Source: the human T2T-CHM13v2.0 reference genome, Homo sapiens
Length of the DNA stretch: 64,000 nt
NCBI RefSeq assembly: GCF_009914755.1
Contig: NC_060932.1
Direction: 5' to 3' (one strand)
The notes below the pieces were generated by a model that saw only the letters and a list, made by a program, of their open reading frames with translations, was not told the origin of the DNA and made no database searches. The position numbers and the translations under genes are program-made. This document shows positions 1 to 13,494 of the stretch, piece after piece; position 1 is the first letter of the stretch, and the number at the start of each line of letters is the position of its first letter.

Positions 1-1418
1 CTTAATAACACCTCTGTCCCTAGGAATCTTCGTCGGTTTAAACGTTCAGCTTTCATGGCCTGTTCTTCTGATTTAAATTTCACTAATGCTTCTCCCAGAC
101 CAACACCTTTGTCATCATAAAGCAAGTAAATGTCATCCTCAGCAAGAAGAAAGTCTGCAAAGAACTTCTGCACTTCAACTTTTGTAACATCAAATGGAAA
201 ATTTCTTATATAGATGCACAGTTTCTGGCCAGAGTTACCTTCTTGAGAGTATTTTTGTGAAACATGTCCGGGCCTATCTCTCTCTAGTGACCCTGATCTC
301 TTCTTTTCATAACGTGCAATGAACTTCAGCATTTGTTTTCTAGAAATTGGATCAATATGAACTGGACGATATTGTAAAACAGTCTTATGTAAACTCAGAG
401 CGGTATTATAGTCTTTCAGAGTCTTGAACATCACAAAGGCATATCTTGTTCTATTTTCATCTTTATATAAAAACCTAATCTGTTCATCAGTCAGATCAGT
501 ACCTCTAAAGAAATTTCTTAAATCTCTTTCGTCAATACTGAGGGACAGATTTTTTAAGTGAACATAAAATCCAAGAGGGGAACGAGAACGTGTTCTTCTG
601 GGAGATTTTGAATGAGACCGTTTTCGAAAATGTCTATCATTAATTCCTCTTGGTGGAGAATGTTCTTCAGATCTCCTAAGAACGTCACCCTCCTTAACTG
701 CATTACCACCAAACTCAATCCACTGTTGTTCTGATCCTTGCATTACTTCTATAAATCTTGAACCCATAAAACTTCTATGACATTTAAGACCTCCTGAAGC
801 ATCAACACATGAAGCAAATTTTACTATGGCATCACCATTATTTCGGCCATCATGATGTTTTAAGAAAATTACTCCATCCACGCACAAACCAGAGAAAAAG
901 ACACGTACATCATCTTCATTTACTAGGTAAGGCAAACCTCGTAGAAACAAGTAAGGATTCTCGGCCTTCAATGGCCTTGTCTTTCTTGGCCTTAAATTAC
1001 CATGTCCTGTACCATTAGTATGAAACCCAGCATCTTGATTAATTGAAGAGCCATATCCAGAATTACTTGCTTCTTCCTTAACAGACTCAATAAAATTAGA
1101 CAGGCTGTCAACCCCTGATGTCCCAGATCCTGGACGCCCTCTTCCTACACGATCAGTTCTTTTCATTTCTATAGTCTTCTGCATTTCTGCCTTGCTACTA
1201 AGAAAGAGCTCTACAGATGAATCCTTGATAAACCCTCCTGAACGACTTATGGCACGTCTTGCATCTTCATCTGTTGCAAAAATAATAAAAGCCTCCCCAA
1301 TTTCCCCTCCAATTATATGCACTCCTCCATCAGGAATAGTCAATCCCGTGAAGAAGTGACGAATATCCACAGGCCCCGCAATAAAAGGAAGCCCCAGTAA
1401 ACGGATGACTACAGCCAT
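1..1418 (-). CDS. RBM12B: RNA-binding motif protein 12B, 5' part of the single coding exon (runs off window start)
   Basis: Minus-strand ATG at 1418 opens MAVVIRLLGLPFIAGPVDIRHFFTGLTIPDGGVHIIGGEIGEAFIIFATDEDARRA... with no stop to position 1. It contains repeated RRM-like units (YLFLRGLPY, YVHLKNLSL, CIYIRNFPF) and an RS-rich linker (RKRSHSKSPRRTRSRSP). Acceptor ttttgtctgcag|G puts the exon start at 1446. Confidence 0.97.
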   Translation of the reverse strand, partial: MAVVIRLLGLPFIAGPVDIRHFFTGLTIPDGGVHIIGGEIGEAFIIFATDEDARRAISRSGGFIKDSSVELFLSSKAEMQKTIEMKRTDRVGRGRPGSGTSGVDSLSNFIESVKEEASNSGYGSSINQDAGFHTNGTGHGNLRPRKTRPLKAENPYLFLRGLPYLVNEDDVRVFFSGLCVDGVIFLKHHDGRNNGDAIVKFASCVDASGGLKCHRSFMGSRFIEVMQGSEQQWIEFGGNAVKEGDVLRRSEEHSPPRGINDRHFRKRSHSKSPRRTRSRSPLGFYVHLKNLSLSIDERDLRNFFRGTDLTDEQIRFLYKDENRTRYAFVMFKTLKDYNTALSLHKTVLQYRPVHIDPISRKQMLKFIARYEKKRSGSLERDRPGHVSQKYSQEGNSGQKLCIYIRNFPFDVTKVEVQKFFADFLLAEDDIYLLYDDKGVGLGEALVKFKSEEQAMKAERLNRRRFLGTEVLL

Positions 1419-1933
1419 GCTGAGCTCAAACCACAGCAATAATGACCTGCAGACAAAAAGGTACACATAATAGCAAGTCTTATTTTTGAAGTACCTTAGC
1501 CCAAACTAAGCTTAATAATTACCTGGTTCCTGCTTTCTTCAACATTTATAAATGAAAACAAGATACAAGTTCACAAAAATACTGATCATATCTAATTATT
1601 AAAGAAAACAAGGGATAAACTTTCTCCCATCTAAAAATACAAATAAACCAACTACCTTGAAGAAACATTTCGTATCACCTATTCTATACAATAGGAACAT
1701 CAAAAATATCAAATCTTCCTTTGTAAGTCTGCCAAATGCTGCTTCACAAGACCAAACTACTTTCAGACTCATTTAGAATCTTATCTTCTACTGAAACATG
1801 AGAGCTTTGTAGATTATTTTATCAACTGCAATGAATTTTACATATTTAGAAAAGTCATCTATGGTTAGTATATAATTTCTGCTCATGATAATAAATTGCC
1901 TACCACTGGCCAGACACAGAGAACAAAAGCCAG

Positions 1934-2227
1934 GGCCAGCATGATAGCTCATGCCTGTAATTCCAGGCTTTGGAAGGCCAAGGCAAGAGGATCGCTTGAG
2001 GCCAGGAGTTCAAGACCAGCCTTGGCAACAGAGCGAGAGCCCGTCTCTAAAAAGAAAAAATTAGCCGGGCATGGTGGCATGCACCTGTAGTCCCAGCTAC
2101 TCAGGAGGCTGAGGCAGGAAGACTGCCTGAGCCCAATTTGAAATTTTCAGGATACAATGGGCTGCAACTGTGCCATTGCACTCCAGCCTGGAGGACAGAG
2201 TGAGGCCCTGTCTTTTTAAAAAAAAAA
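1934..2227 (+). mobile_element. Alu (AluJ-like)
   Basis: Alu dimer with A tail; TSD agaaca(a/g)aagcca. Confidence 0.9.
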
Positions 2228-2314
2228 GAACAGAAGCCATGGATACCTAGATGTACTATTCTACTTCACATGTTTTTTGTTGAGCCTCAAAGCCTTAAAC
2301 TCTGGATATCTTAC

Positions 2315-2363
2315 CTTTTTTAAAATTTCTTGGAGACCTGTTAATTCTGTAAAAGCAACTTAA
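2315..2363 (-). other. RBM12B: RBM12B 5'UTR exon (49 nt, alternative acceptors possible)
   Basis: Minus strand: ttttctttccacag| ... AAAAAG|gtaaga, a strong donor and a pyrimidine-rich acceptor upstream of the coding exon. Confidence 0.7.
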
Positions 2364-3469
2364 CTGTGGAAAGAAAATGAAATATAATTAATCCTTGAAC
2401 CCTGTAATTTATCTTAAACAACGCCAGAGTAGGATATCCATTTCAGAATTACCTATCAAAAGTGAAGCAGAATAAGGAACCACAATTACGGGTGTTACAA
2501 AATGGTCTTTTGTTCCAAGGGGAAATTAATCATCCTTCTGCAAAAAGGAGATACAATATCCAAATAGACATATAAAAATTATTTAAAAATTTGAAACTTG
2601 CCGAAAATTTAACAACTGCTCTTGATTGGAAGTAGCATGAAGAAAGGAGTGATGGAAATGTTACATATTTTGAATGCAGCAGTAGTTACATGGGTGTATA
2701 AATTTATCAAGGTTTACTGAATTCTATCCTTAGGGTCTATACATTTTGCTGTACACAAGTTTTACATCTACTTCAAAAAACTGTTCTACAAGTAAAATCT
2801 CAATACCCAAAGTTCAAAAAAAAAAAAAAAAGAACTTCAATCATTTTGCCACAGGAAAATCCAAAAATCTAGTACATATTTATATCCAACTCTCGTGCTG
2901 TTCTCCTCCCTTTCAAAACATAAGACCAAATCAAATTAAGGCAACCATTCAAAATTACACAATAAATGAATAAAACAGCAAAGCCTGAAATTCAAAAATC
3001 AATTTTTAAAACAATAAATCCAAACCTATGGGCTATTGTTTGGATACAATTTAAAGGTCTATATAAACAGCTCATACATCCAAGCACAGAACCAAATTTC
3101 ATGAAGCCAGTATAATTAAGGCAAATACTACAATATCCCTAAAGTTAAAAATCTCAATACCACTCCTATTGCAAAAATAGTAACTGTTACAATTCATCTC
3201 AAGCCAAACAGAAAATGCTATTTATCTTATTAATAATGCCAATAGCAGATTTCCATTTCAAACAACTATTCTGCACTCTACTAAGGAAACCCAAATGATG
3301 ATGTAGAAAAGTAAAATTAAAAATTAACTTGGAATACTGGGATTACCCGTTTACTGAAAAATCTCAATGTAATTTTTTAAAGAAGTTTGCGTTTAATACT
3401 TTCAGGGATACCCAAACTATTTCATGAAGACTTGCCAAATAAATAATTATAATTTACACTCACTTTCTT

Positions 3470-3763
3470 TGGTGGGGGAGACAGGGTCTCTCTTGCTCTG
3501 CTACCCAGGCTGGAGTGCACTGGTGCGATCTTGGCTCACTACAGCCTCGACTTACCCAGGCTCAGGCAATGCTCCCACCTCAGCCTCCCCAGTAGCTGGA
3601 ACTACAGGTGTGCACCACCACACCCGGCTAATTTTTGTATTTTTTGTAGAGCCAGGGTTTCACCATGTTGCCCAGGCTGGTAGGGAACTCATGGGCTCAA
3701 GCAATCAGCTCACCTCAGCCTCCCACAGTGCTAGGATTTACAGGTATGAGCCACTGCGCCTGG
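3470..3763 (-). mobile_element. Alu (AluJ-like)
   Basis: Antisense Alu consensus. Confidence 0.9.
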
Positions 3764-5254
3764 AGTAATTTACATGTCTTTAATGTACAAATAAATGTTG
3801 CGTTAATCCAGAATCCAGTACTTACACTTAAGTACCACTGTTCCCCAAAGTGGGGGTCTGAAGATACATTCACTGAGGTCTGTTTTCCTTTAAAAAAGGG
3901 TACGTAGATTAACCAGAAGCTAAACTAGCAAAGACATCAAATTACTTCACACATTCTACATCTGAAAAATATTAATCAGGTTTGCTATTAAAGTATTTGC
4001 ACAGTAACAAAAAAAGAAAAAAAGCCTATTTTCTTCAACAAACCAATATCCATACTAACACTTCAACAAAAACTACAAATGGCTTCTGGAATACTTACTT
4101 TATCCATATTAAAGTCCCAAGACTCCCTCCTATGCAAATTGGCTTAGCTACTCTTTTTAAGATATTTTAGAAAGCACCATAAGCTATACATATTCTTGTC
4201 TCTCCTAAGCTTTTAAAAAAATTTTAACGGGATTTACCCTGGGAACATAAATTCATCTACAAGAGAAATTAGAGACGTTTCAAGGAATAATTATATCTCA
4301 AATTCAAAAAAACTCTAGTAATTTATCCTACCTCACTTAAAAACTATCTTTTAACCAAGTAGTTTCATGAGCACAAATCTCATGAATTCCAATTCAAGCA
4401 GACTATTTAGAAAGTTTATTCTCATTTGCCACAGTTAAACAAAACTAATGCTTAAACTTCTCTACCCTTGAGACAGTAGGGTAATGTACCATTTATGCCT
4501 CTACAATAACACACCTTGGAGACCAACTGTAAGAGACCAGCTCTCAAAATGGGCACTTCTGTGGTTCCAACATGCTATATTTCCTTAAGCAAATTCTCCA
4601 GAAATTCAACTCTTAACACACTAAATTACACAAAAGCAAAACACGAAAATTACCCTCAAGTAGTCTGCAATTAAAATTTTGCGTTTTTCTAGTTATGAAT
4701 GCAAAAAGTATTTTTGTGCCTTTGTGTTCATTTGAAGACAATAATCTGTTAAAATTTCTATGAAAAGAAGAGTGGGTCCCTAAAAGATCACTTAAGTCAG
4801 TGAAATTTAAAGCGCATTTTAAATAACTGCTATTTTTATCCAACGATTCATCCCACTTAATCACCATTATAACTAAACAATACGTAACGTGCCTCTTCTA
4901 ATCAAGACTTAAGGGGATACAGAGAGGGAAACGGGAGGGAGACAGAATTTAAATAAGTAATATCTCATCAGATCCATTTGATTTTTAACTAGCGAAGAAA
5001 AAGTCATTTTCCAGATATGGTGAGGGAGAGAATTTTTTTTAACTCTGCGACTACTTCGTAAAGCCCAAGGTCATGATGTAGCATATTCACACTCTAAACG
5101 TGAGTTTCCCCTGCAGAAAATAATCTACACCAACCCATAATTATTCTTTACGATGATCCACCTTTTATAATGTAGATGTTTAAAATAAAAACCAAAGGAA
5201 TGACCAATGAGAGCCACAGTCCCTAGGAAGAACTGTAAATGAAGACGAATCCAC

Positions 5255-5563
5255 ATGGCACAGGATTTCTCCCAACATCCTCAAACGGGAATCATCCGAA
5301 GGCATCGATTCTACAGCCCAAAGCCTTTGTCCACAACTCCCAGGGGTCAGAGCTTCCTTCTTTCGCGCCAGGCCAAAGTTGCTACGTGGGATCCGATGTT
5401 GTCGCCAGACTTTCAGCCAAAATCAGCCTTCAAATTAACCTGGACCGCCCAACCTCCGTGCCTTTCCGTTACGCCGTCTCAAGGGCAAACATTCCACCCT
5501 AACTCGCCAGAGGGTGAACTGCCCCCAAATCTAACTGAAAACACTTGCCCTTCTCAAGCCTAA
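5255..5563 (+). ncRNA. RBM12B-AS1: RBM12B antisense transcript region with a 102-codon putative ORF
   Basis: ATG-initiated 102-aa ORF ([10 protein letters not shown]...) antisense to the 5' end of RBM12B at the CpG-island edge; matches my recollection of the RBM12B-AS1/C8orf39 putative product. Transcript limits cannot be seen. Confidence 0.55.
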
Positions 5564-6300
5564 CGAGCTGGGCCTGCAGCGCTTTTCTGCCACCACTGAC
5601 TACGATGACATAGCAAAGAAAAAAATATACCTATGAAATCCTTCGAGATCTTCACTCTCAAGATCCCTGGGAAGCGCACATACACCACCACATGGAAGCT
5701 GACGGGAAAGGAAGAGTCGGTGTTTTAGCAAGAAAAGAGGGTGCCCTAACGGCAGGAGCTACGCTAGATACTGGCGCGGCCGCCGGTCCCGCCTTTCCCC
5801 GTTCTTCCGGCTTGGTCGCCCAGCCCTCCCCACCCCCGGCGCCCCGAGGGGAACTGCTTCGCACTTGGCAATAAACACACACCACTGCTGCCGAGTCGGA
5901 CACACAAGGCCGGAGGCTGAGGGAACTCTTCGTCGCAGCAGCCTCCCCAAAACAGGTAGACCCTCAGTGAGCCCAGAAGAAGATGGCGCCCACTGCCCCT
6001 CCGGTCCGGACAAACGGACGTACGGTTTATCTGCCCATGCGCTCTGCAGGCGCAACCCACCACCAAGCTTGCGCACGCGCGCTGCCGCTCACCCGTTTCC
6101 CCTCGCTAGAGGAGGGGAGGCGGAGCCCCGGGGTTGGCTGAGCTTCTGCGCATGCCCAGATTCTGCCCAGCCCAGGGACCTCGACTTTCAACGGGAGAAA
6201 TTCAGAGACACATTCAGGGCTCAGCCGGTAGATGTGCTGAGAATCTTCGGTAGACAACTGTCGAAGTACGGCGGACAAACTTTAAAGATTTCCAGAAGTT
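5380..6300. promoter_or_regulatory. CpG island / RBM12B (probably bidirectional) promoter
   Basis: High GC and CpG density; YY1-type AAGATGGCGC at 5980-5989; NRF1-type GCGCACGCGC at 6071-6080 and TGCGCATGCCCA at 6147-6158. Confidence 0.85.
5631..5698 (-). other. RBM12B: Candidate RBM12B upstream 5'UTR exon
   Basis: Minus strand acceptor ctcttcctttcccgtcag| and donor TAG|gtatat; not verifiable without transcripts. Confidence 0.4.
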
Positions 6301-6301
6301 A

Positions 6302-6777
<476 letters not shown>

Positions 6778-7540
6778 TTAATAAATGCATGCTTAGTCGG
6801 TTTTATAGATATAAATAACCTTGTGAAGTGTCTTTATAAATTTGTTCCCATCTTCTGGATTTTTGAAACAAGAGAACAGATGAGCCAGTACTGAAATTTC
6901 AGTAATGGAAAAGCACTATTACAGGTGTACTCTGTGATGCCTGCTACGTAATAGCTGGTGAACAACCTTGTGTTTGGTTTTATCATTTGCAAATAACAAA
7001 GTTTCCCACCACGTTGTATAGCTACTTGATGTATTTGTGGATGGATTCAAAGCTCATTAAGCAGAAAGTACATTTTAAAAACATTGTTACAGATGACAGA
7101 AAAAGTGAGTTGTGGATCCCTTTCTCACTGCAAAATACCCATTCTTTAATGATATGATTATAAGAAAGAAGAGGTAGTTTAATAAGTAAATAAAAAGATA
7201 GTTAACACAAAATCAGAGCCATCTTTTACTCACTGGACAAATTATTTAGCCCCTCTGTGCCTCAGTTTCTTCATCTGTAAAATGGGGATACTCCTAGTAC
7301 CTACCTCTTAGGGTTGTGGGAAACATTCAGTAAATATGTATGTCTCAGATATATGTAAATAAGTGAGACTATTATAAGTATTTGTGACTTGTTTGAAATG
7401 TCAAGGTGATCTATACAGAAGCAGAGGATGTCACTCTGAGGAGGTAGGCTCATTGACTAGATATCATTTACCTTGATAATCCATAGTTTGGTCCTGGCCT
7501 TGCAGTCTCAGGAACAGGACCTTAAAAGTTAACGTTTATT

Positions 7541-7841
7541 GGCCGGGCATGGTGACTCACGCATGTAATCCTAGCATTTTGGGAGGCCGAGGTGATCGAA
7601 TCACCTGAGTGCAGGAGTTCGAGACCAGCCTGGCCAACGTGGTGAAACCCTGTCTCTACTAAAATTACAAAAATTAGCTGGGTGTGGTGGCGGGCACTTA
7701 TAATCCCAGCTACTCAGGAGGCGGAGGCAGAGGAATCACTTGAACCTGGGAGGAGGAGGTTGCAGTGAGCCGAGACCGTGCCACAGCACGCCAGCCTGGG
7801 CGACAAGAGCAAAGCTCCGTCTCAAAAAAAAAAAAAAAAAA
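7541..7841 (+). mobile_element. Alu (AluS)
   Basis: Full dimer; TSD aagttaac(g/a)tttatt. Confidence 0.93.
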
Positions 7842-8390
7842 GTTAACATTTATTGAGAATTTATTATGTGCCAGGACGTATACATTATCTCAATTTATTC
7901 TTACAACTACTTTTGGAGGTAGGTACTATTATTATTCGTATTTTACAGATAAGGGAAACTGAGGCATAGAGGATTACAAAAGCCAGGCAAAATTGAACGC
8001 TGCTTGTTTGCCTGCAGAAGCCATTACTCTGTATTGCACAGAAAGAGGACTCTGTCCTCGGAAGCGGACTCCTTTAAACAAGAATACAGAAGCAATGCTC
8101 TAAGAAATAGAACATGAGTTACCTAATCTCAAAAGGTGATTCTCAGTTAAGGCTCCCTGGAGACATCCTCACTCATCTTAACAAAAATAACAGTCATCAT
8201 TTAATGACCACTTACTGTAGGACTCACCTGGCCAAGTGTGCTCAGGTCAGACTCTGTCCCCTGAGCAAGCTCTGACAGGCGTTTCCAGCCTCCCATGGCC
8301 TCCTTCATTGTTCTGGGCTGACCATCCTCCTTCTATTCACACAGTCTTTCTCCAGCGAGGACACTATATTGAATGTCTCTCCATTTTGGG

Positions 8391-8683
8391 TTTTTTTGAG
8401 ACAGAGTCTCACTCTGTCACCCAGGCTGGAGTACAATGGTTACAATCCTGGCTCACTGCAACCTCTGCCTCCTGGGTTCCAAGGATTCTCATGCCTCAGC
8501 CTCCTGAGTAGATGGGATTACAGGCATATGCCACCATGCCTGGCTAATTTTTTCTGTATTTTCAGTAGAGACAAGGTTTCGCCATGTTACCCAGGCTGGT
8601 CTTGAACTTCTGGCCTCAAGTGATCCACCCGCCTCTGTCTCCCAAAATGCTGGGATTATAGGCGTGAGCCACCGCGCCCGGCC
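8391..8683 (-). mobile_element. Alu (AluS)
   Basis: Antisense Alu consensus. Confidence 0.92.
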
Positions 8684-9187
8684 TGAATGTCTTTTCTAGT
8701 CTGCCCCTTGCCTTTCTTAGATGGTCATACCATTATAATCAGAACAAGAAAATTCTGATCAAGGTAATTTGAGCATAATCACATGATATTCTGGTTATTG
8801 AACAGTTTCTTGTGCCTTTGGTGTGTCAGCATGAAAACCTAATCATTTTGGGGAATCAAGAGAAAATGAAGTTTCTCCAGTGGAAAAACAGAAGACTAGC
8901 CCCTAAACATGGTGGCTGCACTGAGCTGTGGCCATTCTGTGACTCTGCTTGGATAATTAGCCTTCCGGGTGTTTTGCCACACTGCACCGCCACCCACCCT
9001 TCTCGGACAACTTTGGTGTCAGAGAGTTTTCAGTTGCCCTTCCTAGGTCTTCAGCATCCACACGCAGAGCCTTTTATTACTTGGTCTCGGAGTTCCTTAA
9101 TCTTCTCAACTCCTGGGACCTTTATCTTCTCAACTCATGCCTTGATTTCTACTCTGAGAGCCTCCATACCTTGACTTCCAGTCAATT

Positions 9188-9683
9188 TGTAACCCAAGGT
9201 CCTGGGTTTTGGGTATGCACTGTGAAAAAGTACCCACTTGTAACTGTTGCACCTTGCATTCTTGTTGTTTCAGAAAAGTTCTAGGAAGAAGCCCAGCCCC
9301 AGAAAAACAAAAACCAAAACATTTAGATCCAGAAATGCCTGAGTGAAGATGAACTTTGGTGAACTCCCCTTACAATCCTGCTAAAATCCCCACCCAGGGA
9401 AGAGCTTATTCACCATTTTCTATACATGCAACATGTGTAGAAGCATGATCGGCAATTGTGTCTTCGCTGCCTTTACTCCACCTGTACATACAATGACTGA
9501 GCTAACCAGCCCAATAAAAGCACTGTTTTCACTGTTGCTCGGAGAAGCACTGCTTTAGGAACTATCCCCAGTGTCGTCCTTACTTGTTGCAAGTAATGAA
9601 ATCCCCTTGTTAAATCTGCTTTGGTTGTGATCATTGGACTGTCACCTTCCAAGCTAACAAATCCACCTGTTGTGTAGGTAACA
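9188..9683 (+). mobile_element. Solo ERV LTR (family not assigned)
   Basis: TG...CA termini, AATAAA at ~9513, LTR-like U5, imperfect 4-bp TSD aatt/aatc. Confidence 0.6.
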
Positions 9684-10026
9684 AATCTAGCATTTATTAA
9701 GCATCATTGACTATGAGTCAAGAACCTTGCTAAGTCCTCTGTATCACAGTTCCATTTAAAAAAAAAAGAAGAAGAAGAAGAACCTTGCTAAGGCTCCTGA
9801 AAGACAAAGATAGAAAAGATATTGTCCTCTTTCCTCAAAAAGCTTACATTCTAGCAGAGGAGAAAGCACACACAATCCAATAGTCATTACACACAGGAAG
9901 ATGTGTGTATAATGAGATTAAGACAGTGGGCTGTCAGGGCAGGCAGACCCAAGTGTGAATACAGCTATGCCACTTCATGACTGTGAACAAATTCCTTATA
10001 TTTCTTCATTGAAAAAGTAAAGATAA

Positions 10027-10330
10027 GGCCGGGCGCGGTGGTTCATGCCTGTAATCCCAGCACTTTGGGAGGCCAAGGCGGGCAGATCACCAGGTCAGGA
10101 GATGAAGACCATCCTGGCTAATATGGTAAAACCCAGTCTCTACTAAAAATACAAAAAATTAGCCAGGCGTGGTGGCACGTACCTGTAGTCCCAGCTACTC
10201 AGGAGGCTGAGACAGGAGAATCACTTCAATCCGGGAAGTGGAGGTTGCAGTGAGCCGAGATCACGCCACTGCACTCCAGCCTGGGCGACAGAGTGAGACT
10301 CTGTCTCAAAAATAAAAAAATTTTAAAAAA
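10027..10330 (+). mobile_element. Alu (AluSc/Y-like)
   Basis: Full dimer; TSD agtaaagataa. Confidence 0.93.
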
Positions 10331-11256
10331 AGCAAAAGAGTAAAGATAATAGTACCCGCGGTACAGGGCAGTCATGAAAAATGAATGAAATCATTAACAC
10401 TCAGCACAATCCCCAGCACATAGTAAACTCCAGTATAACTTAGAAATCAAGAAGGTTGGCTCAGAAATCAGAATATCATAGTTCCAAGCCTAACTCTGCC
10501 ACTTGCCAGCTATATCACTTTAGTTGCTGAATCTCTCTGTGCCTTAATTTCGTCATGTATCAAATGAAGATGACAATAGTAGGGATGTTGTGTAGAAAAA
10601 ATTAGCACACATATACATATACATATAAACATTAAGCAAGACATGTAGTAAAACACCAAGAAAGCCAGATAGCATGTTTCCCTGATGTCCCTCATGCTCT
10701 TTGCCAACTTGTCCCCTGCAGTGGTCTTCAGAGATGCAACTACAAAACTCCTAGGGATTATTGGAGCACAGTTTGGACACTGCTGATCAAATAAGGGAGC
10801 TTGGTCTGGTCAGTTGTGTGTGACAGAAGTTAGATTCAAGAGACTCAACAGAATTAAATGATTTATGGTAAATAGAACTGAACAGGACCTCCAAATTCCA
10901 ACTTGGATAGTTTTTTGCCTGAGTTAAATGGGAGTCTTGTCTCTGGGGTCTTGACTGACAATCTGTCAAAGTTGTAGGTTCAGAAAGGAGTTATGTAGAA
11001 AGAATACTGGATAAAATCTCTTGGTTTACTGCTGGAGCTTTGGATCACAAATCTCAGGAGAATCCATTTAGTAAATGGGGCAAGACCCCATGTAAAACAG
11101 GATGTCCTTCTGCTTAGTGTTCCTTTCCCCCTGGGTACCATCCAATCCCAGGTATATAAAACAGAAGGAAGCAGCAAGAGGAAGACCTAAGGATCTAAAG
11201 ACAAACTCTAAAGAGAGAGAGAATTTAAGGAGAAGACCAAAAAGTGTAAACTCAAA

Positions 11257-11743
11257 TGTTAACAGCGATAGGTTCTTGGGCTCCCAATGCAATGCAATAG
11301 AAATTGACATGAGGCCAAAAAAGTTTTCCCAGGCAAGGCTTCATTGGAGCTTACACCAAGGCATAAGAGGGAGAGAATTCCCTGACTGACTCTCCAAAGA
11401 AAAGAGTCAGTTGGGCTTTTTTATTAGACAAAGCGTGGGAATTGTCATCAGGGATAGGGTATGCAGGTCAGCATTACTGGTTGCAATGCTTATCTTGAGT
11501 AATGGGCCACCTGGTGGATTGGCCTGAGGCAACAAGGCTATAAATAATTTGTTTAGTATTCCTTCCCAAGGTAGGGCACTCCACAACCTTGCTTATCTCC
11601 TAAGGCCAGTTCCTGGAATTCTTTAAGTAAAAGGACTATTAGCATTGTGACAGTGGTATGGATTTTGTGATCAGTGGGAATGCATGAAAGAATACTCTAA
11701 GTGAGGGTGAGCTGAAACCATGTCCTGTTCCTACTCTGTCTGA
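11257..11743 (-). mobile_element. Solo ERV1-class LTR
   Basis: Minus strand begins TCAGACAGAGTAGG and ends ...AACA; minus-strand AATAAA ~11420; 4-bp TSD CAAA. Confidence 0.65.
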
Positions 11744-11801
11744 CAAAGACCATGTCATATGGACACAAAAAAACTTCTGTCCTTTAGGACAGTGGCCAAG
11801 A

Positions 11802-12561
11802 TGTGGTCGCCTGAAAAGTTTTTACTGCCCACTGCACAGACAAAACCAATTCACTGAGACCATGGTATTGCAGTAAAGAAAGAGTTTATTATGCAAGACT
11901 GGCCATGTGGGAGATGGAGTTATTATTCAAATCAGTCACCCCAAAGGCTTGGAGGTTAGAGTTTTTCAAGGATAGTTTGGTGGACAGGTGATTAGGGAAT
12001 GGGTGCAGCTGAATGGTTGGGGATGAAATCATAGAGGTATGGAAAACAGTCCTCTTGCACTGAGTCCACCTCTAGGTGGGGGAGGGGTTGGGGGGTGGGC
12101 ATAGGACCAATTGAGTCATGAGTCATGAATCCAGATGGAGTCAGTCTGAAAAATATCTCGAAAGACCAATCTTAGGTTTTACAATAGTGATGTTTTCTAT
12201 GGGAGCAATTGAGGAAGTCACAAATCTTGTGACCTCTGGCCACATGACTCCTGGGCAATTAGGGATTATAGAAACTACATTTACAGTTTAGCAAAATTCA
12301 GGCCCCTCTCATAATCTTAATCTTGTGGCCTTTCATTAGTTTCACAAGGGCAATTTTTGGGCCCTGAGCAAGGGGGGTTAGTTTTAGGAAAGGGCTATTA
12401 TCATCCTTGCTTTCAAGTTAAACTAGAAACTAAATTCCTCCCATAGTTAGCTTGGCCTTCACCCAGGAATGAGCACCCCCAGCCTGTGAGGCTAGAAGCA
12501 AGATGGGGTGAAGCCATGTTAGATTTCTCTCACTGTCATAATCTTTGCAAAGGCAGTTTCA
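11802..12561 (-). mobile_element. Solo LTR8-like (ERV1) LTR
   Basis: Minus strand begins TGAAACTGCCTTTGCAAAGATTATGACAGTGAGAGAAATCTAACATGG, the LTR8-family start; left boundary approximate. Confidence 0.75.
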
Positions 12562-12753
12562 GAGGCTCTGTTGTCCTGGACCCAAACCCACATTGGTCCT
12601 CTGTCCTCTTCCTTGTGATGAAATGAGAGGAGAAGACATCAAGTTCCCCTCAGGGTTTGGAAGTCAACAATAAACTAAAGAAGGAAAGGAATGAGACACG
12701 TTTTATTTTCCACTGCAACAAATGTGTATTAAATGCTTACAATGTAAAACAGT

Positions 12754-13390
<637 letters not shown>

Positions 13391-13451
13391 ATAGAAATAA
13401 ATGCTTACAATGTGCCAAGCACAGTGCTATGCTGAGGAGGCAGTGGTGACC

Positions 13452-13454
<3 letters not shown>

Positions 13455-13492
<38 letters not shown>
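13455..13492. repeat. (AC)19 microsatellite
   Basis: Direct reading. Confidence 0.95.

Positions 13493-13494
<2 letters not shown>

Noticed and set aside
809-1018. His-rich 69-aa plus-strand ORF
   Set aside because: Antisense shadow of the RBM12B coding strand
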